Source: a bacterium (GTDB lineage: Bacteria; Myxococcota; Kuafuiibacteriia; Kuafuiibacteriales; Kuafuiibacteriaceae). Taken from it: 35,823 nt of DNA. The notes under the pieces were generated by a model that was not told where the DNA came from, ran no database searches, and saw nothing but the letters and a program-made list of their open reading frames with translations. How positions within the stretch are numbered: position 1 is the first letter of the stretch; each line of letters opens with the position of its first letter. Made by a program: the position numbers and the translations under genes. Below are positions 1-8,321 of this stretch, one piece after another. The stretch spans positions 1 to 35,823 of the forward strand of contig JAUHYN010000003.1 in assembly GCA_030426505.1 (NCBI GenBank), written 5' to 3'.

Positions 1-1
1 C

Positions 2-487
2 GGCCGCGGGACGCGGTTCGTCTTCACCGCGGTCTTCGCGGAGGCGAGCGAGGACCTCCCGGTCGCGTTCGAGGCCGAGGCCCAGGCGGCGCCGGTCGCT
101 GCGGCGACCGCGCGGATCCTCCTCGCGGAGGACAACCAAGTGAACCGCCTCGTCGCGTCGCGGATGCTCGAGCGGCTCGGCTACGCCGTCGACGCGGTGG
201 GTGACGGCGCCCAAGCGGTGCGCGCGGTCGAATCGGGCGACTACGGTCTCGTGTTGATGGACTGCCAGATGCCGATCCTCGACGGCTTCGAGGCCACCGC
301 GCAAATTCGCGGGTTGCCGGGCGGCAAGGGAGCGATCCCGATCGTCGCGCTCACCGCGAACGCGATGACGGGCGATCGCGAGAAGTGCCTCGCCGCCGGG
401 ATGGACCGCTACCTCTCGAAGCCGCTCCGCATCGCCGCGCTCGGTGACGTGTTGCGCGAGCTCCTCGGCGTCGAGACGCCCGCGTGA
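2..487 (+). CDS. Hybrid sensor histidine kinase/response regulator, C-terminal part (5' truncated by window)
   Basis: Frame is open from base 2: GRGTRFVF (end of a HATPase_c domain), then a receiver domain ILLAEDN..LVLMDCQMP.LDG..IPIVALTANAM.GDREKCLAAGMD.YLSKP. Confidence 0.9.
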   Translation, partial: GRGTRFVFTAVFAEASEDLPVAFEAEAQAAPVAAATARILLAEDNQVNRLVASRMLERLGYAVDAVGDGAQAVRAVESGDYGLVLMDCQMPILDGFEATAQIRGLPGGKGAIPIVALTANAMTGDREKCLAAGMDRYLSKPLRIAALGDVLRELLGVETPA

Positions 488-497
488 ACGCGCGCGG

Positions 498-1097
498 TCA
501 CGGCGCGAGCGCGTCGACCCACGCTTCGATCTGAAACCCCACGAACGGCTCGAACGCGTCTTCACCGATCGTCGCGCGCCCCTGCGCGATGGCGAGCGCG
601 GCCGCGGGGATCGCGGTGAAGGCCGCGGTGGACACGCCGCGCCGGACGAGCCCACGCGCGCGGAGGCGCCGGAGCACGGCGGCGAAGTAGACGTCGTCGT
701 CGCGGCGCGCCTCGTCGAGCGCGCCGGGCGGGAGCGCGCGGAGGAGCCACGCCATGTCCTCCGGATCCGCGAGCGCGCGGAGCATCGGGTGTTCGGTGAC
801 CGCATCGAACAGCGCGCGGAAGAAGGCGCGGAGCGTGGCGCGTGGCTCGTCGCCGGCCTCGACGATCCGATCGAGGTCGCCCCGCAGCGCGGATTCGGCG
901 GCGCCGAGGAGCTCCAACCACAGCGCCTCCTTGCTCGCGAAGAACGCGTAGAACGAGCCCTTGCTGATCCCCGCGCTGCGCGTGAGCGCCTCGACCGACG
1001 TCTTGCGGAACCCCGTCGTCGCGAGGTGCGCGCGCCCGACCTCGAGCAACCGCGCGCGGATGTGCTCCGCCTCCGCCTCGGTGAACGCGCGCGGCAT
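498..1097 (-). CDS. TetR/AcrR family transcriptional regulator
   Basis: C-terminal 199 aa of ORF 498..2294, starting MPRAFTEAEAEHIRARLL with HTH GFRKTSVEALTRSAGISKGSFYAFFASKEAL. ATG at 1097 overlaps the upstream TGA (TGATG). Confidence 0.9.
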   Translation of the reverse strand: MPRAFTEAEAEHIRARLLEVGRAHLATTGFRKTSVEALTRSAGISKGSFYAFFASKEALWLELLGAAESALRGDLDRIVEAGDEPRATLRAFFRALFDAVTEHPMLRALADPEDMAWLLRALPPGALDEARRDDDVYFAAVLRRLRARGLVRRGVSTAAFTAIPAAALAIAQGRATIGEDAFEPFVGFQIEAWVDALAP

Positions 1098-2350
1098 CAG
1101 GCGTCCACCATCGCGCGGAACCGCGCCGTGAGGTCGGCGCGCCCGCCGATACATTTGAGGACGGCCCACAAGCCCCACTGCACTCGTTGGAGCCAGATCC
1201 ACTCGGGCGGGAAGCCTTGGTGCCGCGCGTTCTTCGCGGTCGGCCGCGTGAAGGACTGCCCGCGCGACCACCACTCGGTGTCGAACGCGAAGCGCGGCGT
1301 GCGGACCGGTTCGAAGAGCCAGGTGTACAGCCGCGCGAGCTCGTCGAAGTCGATGCGGTCCGGGTTCGGTGCGAGCCCGAGCTCGATCGCGACGCGCCGA
1401 AACGCAGCGCGGTCGTCGTCGAGCACCGCGCGGCAGAAGTCGCGGTAGCGCGCGACGTAGCCGTCGTCGAACGCGCGGACGCAGCCGAAGTCGAGGGCGA
1501 CGATCGCGCCGTCTTCGCGGTAGAGCTGGTTGCCCGGGTGCGGGTCGGCGTGGAGCCACCCGCGCGCGAACAGCGGCGCGAACGCGAAGTCGAGGAGCGC
1601 CTGAGAAGCGGCGTCGCGCGCGGCGGGTTCGGCGTGCGCGACGAAGTCGTCGAAGGGCGCGCCGTCGGCCCACGCGGTGGTGAGGACGGCGTCGCCCGAG
1701 AGCGCGTCGAACACGCGAGGCACGGAGACGGACGCGTGCTCCGCGAAGAACGCGCCGAAGCGCCGCTGCCACTCGGCCTCGCGCGCGTAGTCGCACTCCT
1801 CGGCGACGCGCGCGAAGAGCTCGGCGACGAGCGCGCGCCCATCGACGGCGGTCACGGCGCCCGCGATGGCGCCGAGGCGCTCGAGCTGCGCGAAGTCGCC
1901 CTCGAGGGCGTCGCGGACGCCCGGGTAGCGGACCTTCACCGCGACGCTCGCGCCGTCGTGCGTTCGACCCCGGTGGACCTGTCCGATGCTCGCGGCGGCG
2001 ATCGGCGTGGGCTCGAGCTCGGCGAAGCACGCCTCGACCGGGCGATGGAGCGAGGCTTCGATCACCTCCGCGATCGCCGCGTACGGCAGCGGCGTCACGC
2101 CCGTGCGGAGGCGCGCGAGCTTCTCGGTCACCTCGGCGGGGAGCCCGACGTCCATGTACGAGAGGATCTGACCGACCTTCATCGCCATCCCCTTGAGGTG
2201 ATCGAGCTCGTCGAGGAGGAGCGCGCCGAGCGCCTCGTCCGCCGCCGACGCGCCCCCGAACAGACGTCGCGCGCCGCGGAGCCCGACGCCCCACGCGATG
2301 CGCCCCGTCGCCCGCGCGCGCGACCGCAGACCGATCGGGAGACGATCCAT
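1097..2350 (-). CDS. ABC1/UbiB/AarF family atypical kinase
   Basis: LKGMAMKVGQILS, PIAAASIGQVHRG, VAVKVRYPG, EECDY, HADPHPGN, LDFG motifs. Start taken at MDRLP (2350), just downstream of a promoter-like sequence. Confidence 0.9.
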   Translation of the reverse strand: MDRLPIGLRSRARATGRIAWGVGLRGARRLFGGASAADEALGALLLDELDHLKGMAMKVGQILSYMDVGLPAEVTEKLARLRTGVTPLPYAAIAEVIEASLHRPVEACFAELEPTPIAAASIGQVHRGRTHDGASVAVKVRYPGVRDALEGDFAQLERLGAIAGAVTAVDGRALVAELFARVAEECDYAREAEWQRRFGAFFAEHASVSVPRVFDALSGDAVLTTAWADGAPFDDFVAHAEPAARDAASQALLDFAFAPLFARGWLHADPHPGNQLYREDGAIVALDFGCVRAFDDGYVARYRDFCRAVLDDDRAAFRRVAIELGLAPNPDRIDFDELARLYTWLFEPVRTPRFAFDTEWWSRGQSFTRPTAKNARHQGFPPEWIWLQRVQWGLWAVLKCIGGRADLTARFRAMVDA

Positions 2351-2356
2351 GGCATC

Positions 2357-2385
2357 AGTATGACCAGATTCGTTGAAATAGTCAT
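2357..2385 (-). promoter_or_regulatory. Putative sigma70 promoter overlapped by an ATGAC-N16-GTCAT inverted repeat (candidate TetR operator)
   Basis: Minus strand reads ATGACT-N17-CATACT-6 nt-ATG. Inverted repeat ATGAC (2360-2364) / GTCAT (2381-2385) lies in a locally AT-rich patch upstream of the kinase-TetR pair. Confidence 0.55.
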
Positions 2386-2445
2386 TGTATTCATGGGGCG
2401 CGCTCGGTGCGTGACTCCCGGGCACGTTCGTGGTGAGTCACGACC

Positions 2446-3924
2446 ATGCGGATCCCTGTCGCGCCGTCGCTGCTCTTCGCACTCCTCGTCGCTTGTTCCG
2501 GCGGCACGGAGGCCCCCAACCCGCCGCGTGACGGCGGCGCGTCGATCCAGGACGGGGGCGAAGCGCCGCGCGACGGCGGTGAAGCGCCGCGCGACGGCGG
2601 CGTCGATGTCGACGCCGGCTTCGAGCCGACCGCGCACGCGATCGTCGATATCGCGCAGCCGATGATCGACGAGGGCTGGTACCCGAGCCTGTCGGTCGCG
2701 TGGCTCGACGACGGCGAGGTCCACCACCTGGGCCTCGGCACCGTGGGCGCGGGCGGCCCGACGCCGGACGCCGACACACTCTACGAGATCGGATCGATCA
2801 CGAAGACGTTCACCGGGACGCTGCTCGGCGACATGGCGTCACGCGGCGAGGTCATGATCACGGACACCGCGCAGAGCGCCGCGTGGCCGTCGCTCACGCT
2901 CCCGGTCTTCGACACGACCGAGATCCGCCTCGTGGATCTCGCCACGCACTTCTCGGCGCTCCCGCGCCTGCCCGACAACTTCGCGCCGGCGGATCCCGCG
3001 AACCCCTACGTGGATTACACGCGCGACGACCTCGACGCGTTCTTCGCCAACCACACCCTCGCGCGTCGGCCCGGGCAGACGTTCGACTACAGCAACCTCG
3101 GCGTCGCCCTGCTCGGCCAGCTCCTCGCGAACACCGCGTCGACCGCGTACGACCAGCTCCTCGCCGAGCGCGTGTTGGATCCGCTCGGCATGATGGACAC
3201 GACCTTCGACCTCGACGCCGAACAGCAGACCCGGCTCGCGCCCGGATACGACTACAACGGCGAGCCCACGTCGAACTGGGACCTCGGGATCTTCGACCCG
3301 GCCGGCGGCCTCGAGAGCTCCGCGAGCGACATGATGCTCTACGCGCGCGCCTACCTCGACCGGACCACGCTCGGCGACGCGATGAACCTCGCGACCACCG
3401 CGCAGGCCAACATCGACGCCCAGACCTCGGTCGGCCTCAACTGGATCCTGGCCAACGGCGGCGAGCTCGTCCTCCACGACGGCGCGACCGGCGGGTACAA
3501 CGCGTTGCTCGTCCTCGTGCCCAGCGAAGATCGCGCCGTCCTCGTGCTCGCCAATGGGGCGAGCTACCGCACCAACGAGTTGGGCTTCGCGATCGTCCAG
3601 GCCGTGCGCGGCCAGGCGTACGTCCGACCGGACCCGATGCCGACGGTCGACGTCTCCGACGAGGCGTTGGATCGGAACGTCGGCGTCTACGCGCTGCAGG
3701 GGAACGCGGCGCTCCAGGCGACCGTCACCCGAGTCGGCGACGCGCTCTGGGTACAGCTCACCGACCAGCCGAACTTGAAGCTGTTCGCGACCTCCGACCG
3801 CGACTTCTACATCCGGGCGGTCGAGGCCGCGCTGACGTTCGACGCACCGGACGGAGCGGGCGAGGTCGCGGGCTTCACCCTCCGCCAGGGCGGCGGGACG
3901 CCGCGGTTCGATCGCATCCCCTGA
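2446..3924 (+). CDS. Serine hydrolase lipoprotein (beta-lactamase class C/PBP-like family) with C-terminal DUF3471-like domain
   Basis: Lipobox LLVAC; SxxK (YEIGSITK), YxN (FDYSN), HxG (HDGATGG); LATHFSALP; C-terminal VGVY..beta-rich domain. Confidence 0.85.
   Translation: MRIPVAPSLLFALLVACSGGTEAPNPPRDGGASIQDGGEAPRDGGEAPRDGGVDVDAGFEPTAHAIVDIAQPMIDEGWYPSLSVAWLDDGEVHHLGLGTVGAGGPTPDADTLYEIGSITKTFTGTLLGDMASRGEVMITDTAQSAAWPSLTLPVFDTTEIRLVDLATHFSALPRLPDNFAPADPANPYVDYTRDDLDAFFANHTLARRPGQTFDYSNLGVALLGQLLANTASTAYDQLLAERVLDPLGMMDTTFDLDAEQQTRLAPGYDYNGEPTSNWDLGIFDPAGGLESSASDMMLYARAYLDRTTLGDAMNLATTAQANIDAQTSVGLNWILANGGELVLHDGATGGYNALLVLVPSEDRAVLVLANGASYRTNELGFAIVQAVRGQAYVRPDPMPTVDVSDEALDRNVGVYALQGNAALQATVTRVGDALWVQLTDQPNLKLFATSDRDFYIRAVEAALTFDAPDGAGEVAGFTLRQGGGTPRFDRIP
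2530..2601 (+). repeat. In-frame 21-bp tandem repeat encoding a DGG-x4 linker (DGGASIQ DGGEAPR DGGEAPR DGG)
   Basis: Units start at 2530, 2551, 2572 and 2593. Units at 2551 and 2572 differ only at two synonymous positions. Confidence 0.8.
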
Positions 3925-4034
3925 TCCCTCGGGTCACCCGACCACCGGTCGACCCGTCGAATGTCGCATAGTGGAGACTTTTGCGCACCTTTGAAGCGTT
4001 CTGACCGAAAACGATCGGCAAGGAAGGGAACCCC

Positions 4035-4442
4035 ATGCCGACGACTGTCCAACCCGGAAGCCCCGTCAACCCCAGCCTCCCCGCGTTCGCGCCCGCCGCG
4101 TCCGGTCAGGTCCAAGTCATCCAGCCCGCCCAGTTCCGTCAGGCGATCGCGCAGGGCGACACCGTCGTCGAGTTCTTCAGCTACGGCTGCGGCTACTGCC
4201 GCGAGGCGAAGGGCAAGGTCCAGCAGGTCGCGAACCAGCTCGCCGGCAAGGCGAAGATCGTGGCGATCTCCGTCGACGATCCGGCCGGCAAGCAGATCGG
4301 CATTCAGCACGGCCTCGCGCTCTACCCGACCTTCGCCGTGTTCCGCGACGGCGCCTACAAGGGCACGTTCATGCGCGACGGCGCGAATCCGGTCACGGCG
4401 CAGCACGTCCGCGCGAACATCGATCGGATCCTCGGGTACTGA
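4035..4442 (+). CDS. Thioredoxin-fold protein (CGYC)
   Basis: VVEFFSYGCGYC, IVAISVD, cis-Pro region YPTFAVFRDG; purine-rich RBS AAGGAAGGGAA upstream. Confidence 0.85.
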   Translation: MPTTVQPGSPVNPSLPAFAPAASGQVQVIQPAQFRQAIAQGDTVVEFFSYGCGYCREAKGKVQQVANQLAGKAKIVAISVDDPAGKQIGIQHGLALYPTFAVFRDGAYKGTFMRDGANPVTAQHVRANIDRILGY

Positions 4443-4444
4443 CG

Positions 4445-5137
4445 ATGCAGGCTGGCTCGACTCGCGGCGGTCTCGGCGCGTCCGGCGCGCGGGACCTCAC
4501 GCCGCTCGAGAACATCGCGGCGCCCCGCAGCGTTGCGCCCGTCGCGCCGCGCATCGCCGTCCCCGGTGACGCGGACGTCTTCGTCCCGCCGACGCCGGCC
4601 CCGACGACCGCGGCGCGCACGCGCCCGATCCTCCTCTACAACGACCAGTGCGAGACCTGTCAGGTGCTCTCGGCCTGGGTGAAGAAGCGCGATCTGTCGG
4701 GCGGCGATCTCATCGACGAGCGCCCGATCGGTCACGACCCGGCGGTCCTCGCCGCGCTCGATCCGCGCCTCGACATGTGGGACGTCTACGAGAAGATCCA
4801 CGTCCTCATGCCGAACGGCGACATCAAGAAGGGCGGCGCCGCGATCGGCGAAGTCCTCCGTCGCCTCCCGGGCACGAAGTGGATGGGCCCGCTCCTCGAC
4901 ATCGAGATCGGCGGCACGCGCCCCTTCGAGAAGGTCGTCGACGCCGGCTACACCACCCTCGACGCGCTGCGCCCCGCGCTCGGCTGCTCGAGCTGCGGCG
5001 GCGGCCCGGTGAAGTGGTGGGCGAAGCCAGTGAAGTGGATCGCCGACGGCATCAAGGCCATCCACCGCCTCTTCACGGGCGCGCCCGCGCCCGAGCCGCA
5101 CAAGCCCGAGCTCCCGCCGGGCCCGCCCGCGCAGTAG
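4445..5137 (+). CDS. DCC1-like thiol-disulfide oxidoreductase (DUF393-like)
   Basis: ILLYNDQCETC (DxxCxxC-type start), IHVLMPNGDIKKGGAAI..VLRRLPG typical of the family; extra CSSC near the C-terminus. Confidence 0.75.
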   Translation: MQAGSTRGGLGASGARDLTPLENIAAPRSVAPVAPRIAVPGDADVFVPPTPAPTTAARTRPILLYNDQCETCQVLSAWVKKRDLSGGDLIDERPIGHDPAVLAALDPRLDMWDVYEKIHVLMPNGDIKKGGAAIGEVLRRLPGTKWMGPLLDIEIGGTRPFEKVVDAGYTTLDALRPALGCSSCGGGPVKWWAKPVKWIADGIKAIHRLFTGAPAPEPHKPELPPGPPAQ

Positions 5138-5286
5138 TCACCGCTCCGCGCCTCGGAGACCGTGTGCGCGAATCGACGCCGCTGTCACCCTGGCGGCGAA
5201 CCCCGTCCTCGTCCACCGTGCCGCTCGCCGCGCCGCGCCCGTAGTCCCACGGAGCGCGCGCCGTCGGCAGGGGAGGGACGTTGGAA

Positions 5287-6408
5287 ATGAAGACAACTCG
5301 AGCGATCGCCGCGAGCGGAGTCGCCGCTTTGATGACCATGGGCTGCGGAGGCGTCGAGGACGCGGAATACGACAGCGCCTCCGCGAGCCTCGCGCCGCTC
5401 GCGACGCGAGGCCGCTTCGTATTCGAGAACCGCGAGTTCCTGGGTAACGGCCGCGTCTGCCGGACGTGCCACCTGAACGGCTCGGGGACGATCGCGCCCG
5501 AGGACGTGGAGGCCGCGTTCCAATCGGATCCCGGCGGCGATCTCTTCCGCGCGATCGACAGCGACGACGGCCTCGGCCTCACCTACGACCGCCTCCGCAC
5601 GCACGCGACCATCCGCGTGTTCATCCCGTTGCCGAGCAACGTCTCGATCGTCGGCGACCCGACCGCGACCGACGTCGTCGTCCACCGCGGCGCGTCCGCG
5701 ACGCTCAACAACCCCGGCCTCGAGTCGGTCTTCATGCAGGACGGCCGCAACCTCACGCTGCAGGAGCAGGCCGCGGGCGCCGTCAACGCGCACTACGAAC
5801 CCGGCCGGCAACCCTTGGCGTCCGAGCTCGACGCGGTCGACGCCTTCCAGCGCGAGCGCCGCCAGTTCTACTCGAGCGGCGCGTTGTTCCGGTGGGGCAC
5901 CGGTCGCGGGAGCGCGCCGAGCCTCCCCGCCGGACACACGGCGAGCGAGATCCGCGGCCGCGCGTTCTTCGAGACCTCGCCGGGCGGCCTCTGCGGTCAC
6001 TGCCACGGCGGACCGAACCTCAACGAGACGAACGAGTTCCTGCTGCTGCCGTTGGCGCCCGGTTCGCGGTTCGTCTCGGTCGCCGTCAGCGAGGTCAACA
6101 ACCAGGGCAACCCGGTCTACGACTTCGCGTTCTCGGATCCGTCGAACCCCGGCGCGCCGCCGACGGTCGTGAGCAGCCCGGACCCGGGCCGCGCGTTGAT
6201 CACGGGCGACGTCGCCGATGCGAACGCGTTCCGGATCCCGTCGCTGTGGGGCGTGAATCGGACCGCGCCGTACTTCCACGACAACTCCGCGAAGACGCTC
6301 GAGGAGGTCATGGATCACTATCGGTTCTACTTCGCGCTCCCGCCCGCGAACCTCGTGCTCACCGACCAGGAGGTCGAGGACATCATCGCGTACATGCGGT
6401 TGCTCTGA
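5287..6408 (+). CDS. Di-haem cytochrome c peroxidase/MauG superfamily lipoprotein
   Basis: Two CxxCH motifs (CRTCH 5458-5472, CGHCH 5992-6006); DPGRALITG..D.NAFRIPSLWGVNRTAPYFHD; signal peptide ending MTMGC. Alternative TTG start at 5281. Confidence 0.85.
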   Translation: MKTTRAIAASGVAALMTMGCGGVEDAEYDSASASLAPLATRGRFVFENREFLGNGRVCRTCHLNGSGTIAPEDVEAAFQSDPGGDLFRAIDSDDGLGLTYDRLRTHATIRVFIPLPSNVSIVGDPTATDVVVHRGASATLNNPGLESVFMQDGRNLTLQEQAAGAVNAHYEPGRQPLASELDAVDAFQRERRQFYSSGALFRWGTGRGSAPSLPAGHTASEIRGRAFFETSPGGLCGHCHGGPNLNETNEFLLLPLAPGSRFVSVAVSEVNNQGNPVYDFAFSDPSNPGAPPTVVSSPDPGRALITGDVADANAFRIPSLWGVNRTAPYFHDNSAKTLEEVMDHYRFYFALPPANLVLTDQEVEDIIAYMRLL

Positions 6409-6463
6409 GTCGGGAACCCTCCGGGACTGGCCTTCGCCGCCCTTCGCAGGGCAAGGTCTCGGC

Positions 6464-8056
6464 GTGTACTTGCTGCTCGAGGAGGTGGGCTCCGGCGCGG
6501 CCGGCACCGCCCACCTCGCCGTGCGCTCGGACGAGCGCACCGACGAGCTCTTCGTCGTCAAGCAGCTGCGCCCCCAGATCGCCGAGCAGCCCGAGCACCT
6601 CAGTCGCTTCAAACACGAGGCCTCGATCGCCGTCATGGTCGATCACCCGAACGTGGTCGAGGTCGTCGACGTCGGCCTCGGCGCGGAGCGGCCCTACATC
6701 GTCATGCGCTACGTGGAGGGTCCGACGCTCGCGGCCTTCATGAACGCGCTCGAACAGAACGGTCGAACGTTGTCGGTGCCCGCCGCGGTCGGCCTGGTGC
6801 GCGACGCGCTCGCGGGGTTGCAGGCGCTGCACGAAGCGAAGCACCCCGAGACCGGCGAGCCGCTCGGGTTCGTCCACCGCGATCTTTCGCCGCGGAACCT
6901 GATCGTCACGCGGAGCGGCCCGGTGCGCCTGATCGATCTCGGGCTCGGCCGTTCGCGCCTCGGCGACTGGCAGACCGAGGCCGGGCGCATCATGGGGTCG
7001 ATCGGGTACATGCCGCCGGAGCAGCTCCGCGCCCAAGGCGTCGACCACCGCACGGACCTGTGGTCGATCGCGTGTGTCCTCTTCGAGCTCATCACACTCG
7101 AGCCCTACGTGCGTGGGCACGGGCGCGAGCGTCTGATGAACACGATGCGCGAGGAGCCGCGCTCGCTGAGGACGAAGCGCCCCGACGTCCCCGCTGCGTT
7201 GGACGACGTCATCCAGCGCGCGCTCTCCGCGACCCCCGCCGCGCGGTTCGAGTCGGCCGCGTCGTTCTCGCGCGCGCTCGCGGAGACGTGTCCGGCCGAC
7301 GCGCCGGGCGAAGCGGCGGCGCTGGTCGAGGCGTTGTTCGGGGAGGCGTTGGACGAGCGGCGGCATCGGCTGCTCGAGGTCGCGCTGACGGTGGTGCAGC
7401 CGCTCGAGATCACCGAGGCCTACGAGCGGATCGCGTCGCGGCCGGGCGCTGCGGATCCGGAGAGCTTCGCGACGTTCGACGCCACGCGCGTCGTCGCGGA
7501 TCCGACGCGCGTCGATCCCGAGGCCGGGCGCTTCGAGTCGGTGCCTCCCGTGCCGCCTCCGCCCGCGGCGACGCCTCCGCGCCAGCGCACGGTGTGGATC
7601 GCCGCCGCGGTGGGCGTGCTCGTCGGCGCCGCCACGGTGACCGCCGTGCTCGGGCCGTCGCCTTCTTCGTCGCCGGCGCCGATCGAGCGCCCGCAGCCGG
7701 CGCCCCGCGTCGAAGCGACCCCGGTCATCGAGCCGCGCGTGGCCGAGGTGCCCGAGCCTGTACGCCGAACGCGATCGCGCCCCCGCCGCACCGCGCCGCG
7801 CGCGGCGGACACCACCGTGGCGAAGGCCCCCGAGCCCGCGAAGCCCGCGCCGGTGAGGAAGCCCGAAGCGCCGTCACGTACGCCCCGCGAACGAGCGGCG
7901 CAGCTGCAGAAGCGACTCCAGCGTTTGCGCGAGGGTGACGCCGAGCGCGTCGATCGCCTGTTGATGGAGCTGACCGCGCTGGACTTGGTCACCGACGCGC
8001 GCCGCTATGAGCGCGCGCTCGAGCGCATCGAGCGCGAGGTCGCTGCGCTGGACTAG
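6464..8056 (+). CDS. Hanks-type Ser/Thr protein kinase with one TM helix and Pro-rich C-terminal region
   Basis: GSGAAG, VVK, HPNVV, VHRDLSPRN, IDLG, GSIGYMPPEQ, DLWS; TM segment WIAAAVGVLVGAATVTAVL. Exact start uncertain. Confidence 0.9.
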   Translation: MYLLLEEVGSGAAGTAHLAVRSDERTDELFVVKQLRPQIAEQPEHLSRFKHEASIAVMVDHPNVVEVVDVGLGAERPYIVMRYVEGPTLAAFMNALEQNGRTLSVPAAVGLVRDALAGLQALHEAKHPETGEPLGFVHRDLSPRNLIVTRSGPVRLIDLGLGRSRLGDWQTEAGRIMGSIGYMPPEQLRAQGVDHRTDLWSIACVLFELITLEPYVRGHGRERLMNTMREEPRSLRTKRPDVPAALDDVIQRALSATPAARFESAASFSRALAETCPADAPGEAAALVEALFGEALDERRHRLLEVALTVVQPLEITEAYERIASRPGAADPESFATFDATRVVADPTRVDPEAGRFESVPPVPPPPAATPPRQRTVWIAAAVGVLVGAATVTAVLGPSPSSSPAPIERPQPAPRVEATPVIEPRVAEVPEPVRRTRSRPRRTAPRAADTTVAKAPEPAKPAPVRKPEAPSRTPRERAAQLQKRLQRLREGDAERVDRLLMELTALDLVTDARRYERALERIEREVAALD

Positions 8057-8230
8057 TCACCTGCGTCAGTGATTCCTCACGTATCTCGCGGCCGCTTTTC
8101 GCGCCTGCTGCCCGCGCCGCCTTCGGCTCTCGTCGGTTGCGTACGCCCGGTATGCGCCCTCCTCACGCGGGCACCAGGCACGAAACTCGACTCGCGATAT
8201 ACGCAAGGAATCACTGACACAGGTGACTAG
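8053..8230. mobile_element. MITE-like palindromic element bounded by CTAG
   Basis: Arms 8053-8090 and 8193-8230 are inverted repeats at 34/38 identity. Pairing extends to 8116/8166, with internal hairpin GCGTAC-GCCCG-GTATGC (8139-8155). No credible ORF. Confidence 0.7.
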
Positions 8231-8268
8231 CTGGCAGCCTTCAGCCTTCAGGTGGCAGCCCCTTGGTG

Positions 8269-8286
8269 CGAGCGCTTCGGCGCTCG
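8269..8286. other. Perfect 7-bp GC hairpin with C(UUCG)G tetraloop between convergent genes
   Basis: CGAGCGC-TTCG-GCGCTCG; no U-tract on either side. Confidence 0.5.
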
Positions 8287-8321
8287 GCGTCGCGCCGGAG
8301 ATTCGTGGTGCGAGTGCTCGC

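Noticed and set aside
2446-3924. AmpC beta-lactamase resistance gene
   Set aside because: HDG in place of KTG, a lipid anchor and an extra C-terminal domain fit the broad serine hydrolase/peptidase family. Resistance cannot be inferred.
3985-4011. Sigma28 promoter upstream of the thioredoxin (ACCGAAAA)
   Set aside because: Weak -10 match and no -35 at the correct spacing.
6405-6466. Frameshifted or non-canonical upstream start of the Ser/Thr kinase
   Set aside because: Upstream in-frame codons (FAGQGLG) look kinase-like, but there is no in-frame ATG/GTG/TTG in the intergenic stretch and no slippery site. GTG 6464 is sufficient.
8269-8286. Rho-independent terminator
   Set aside because: Stable UUCG hairpin but no U-tract on either strand; kept only as a hairpin.
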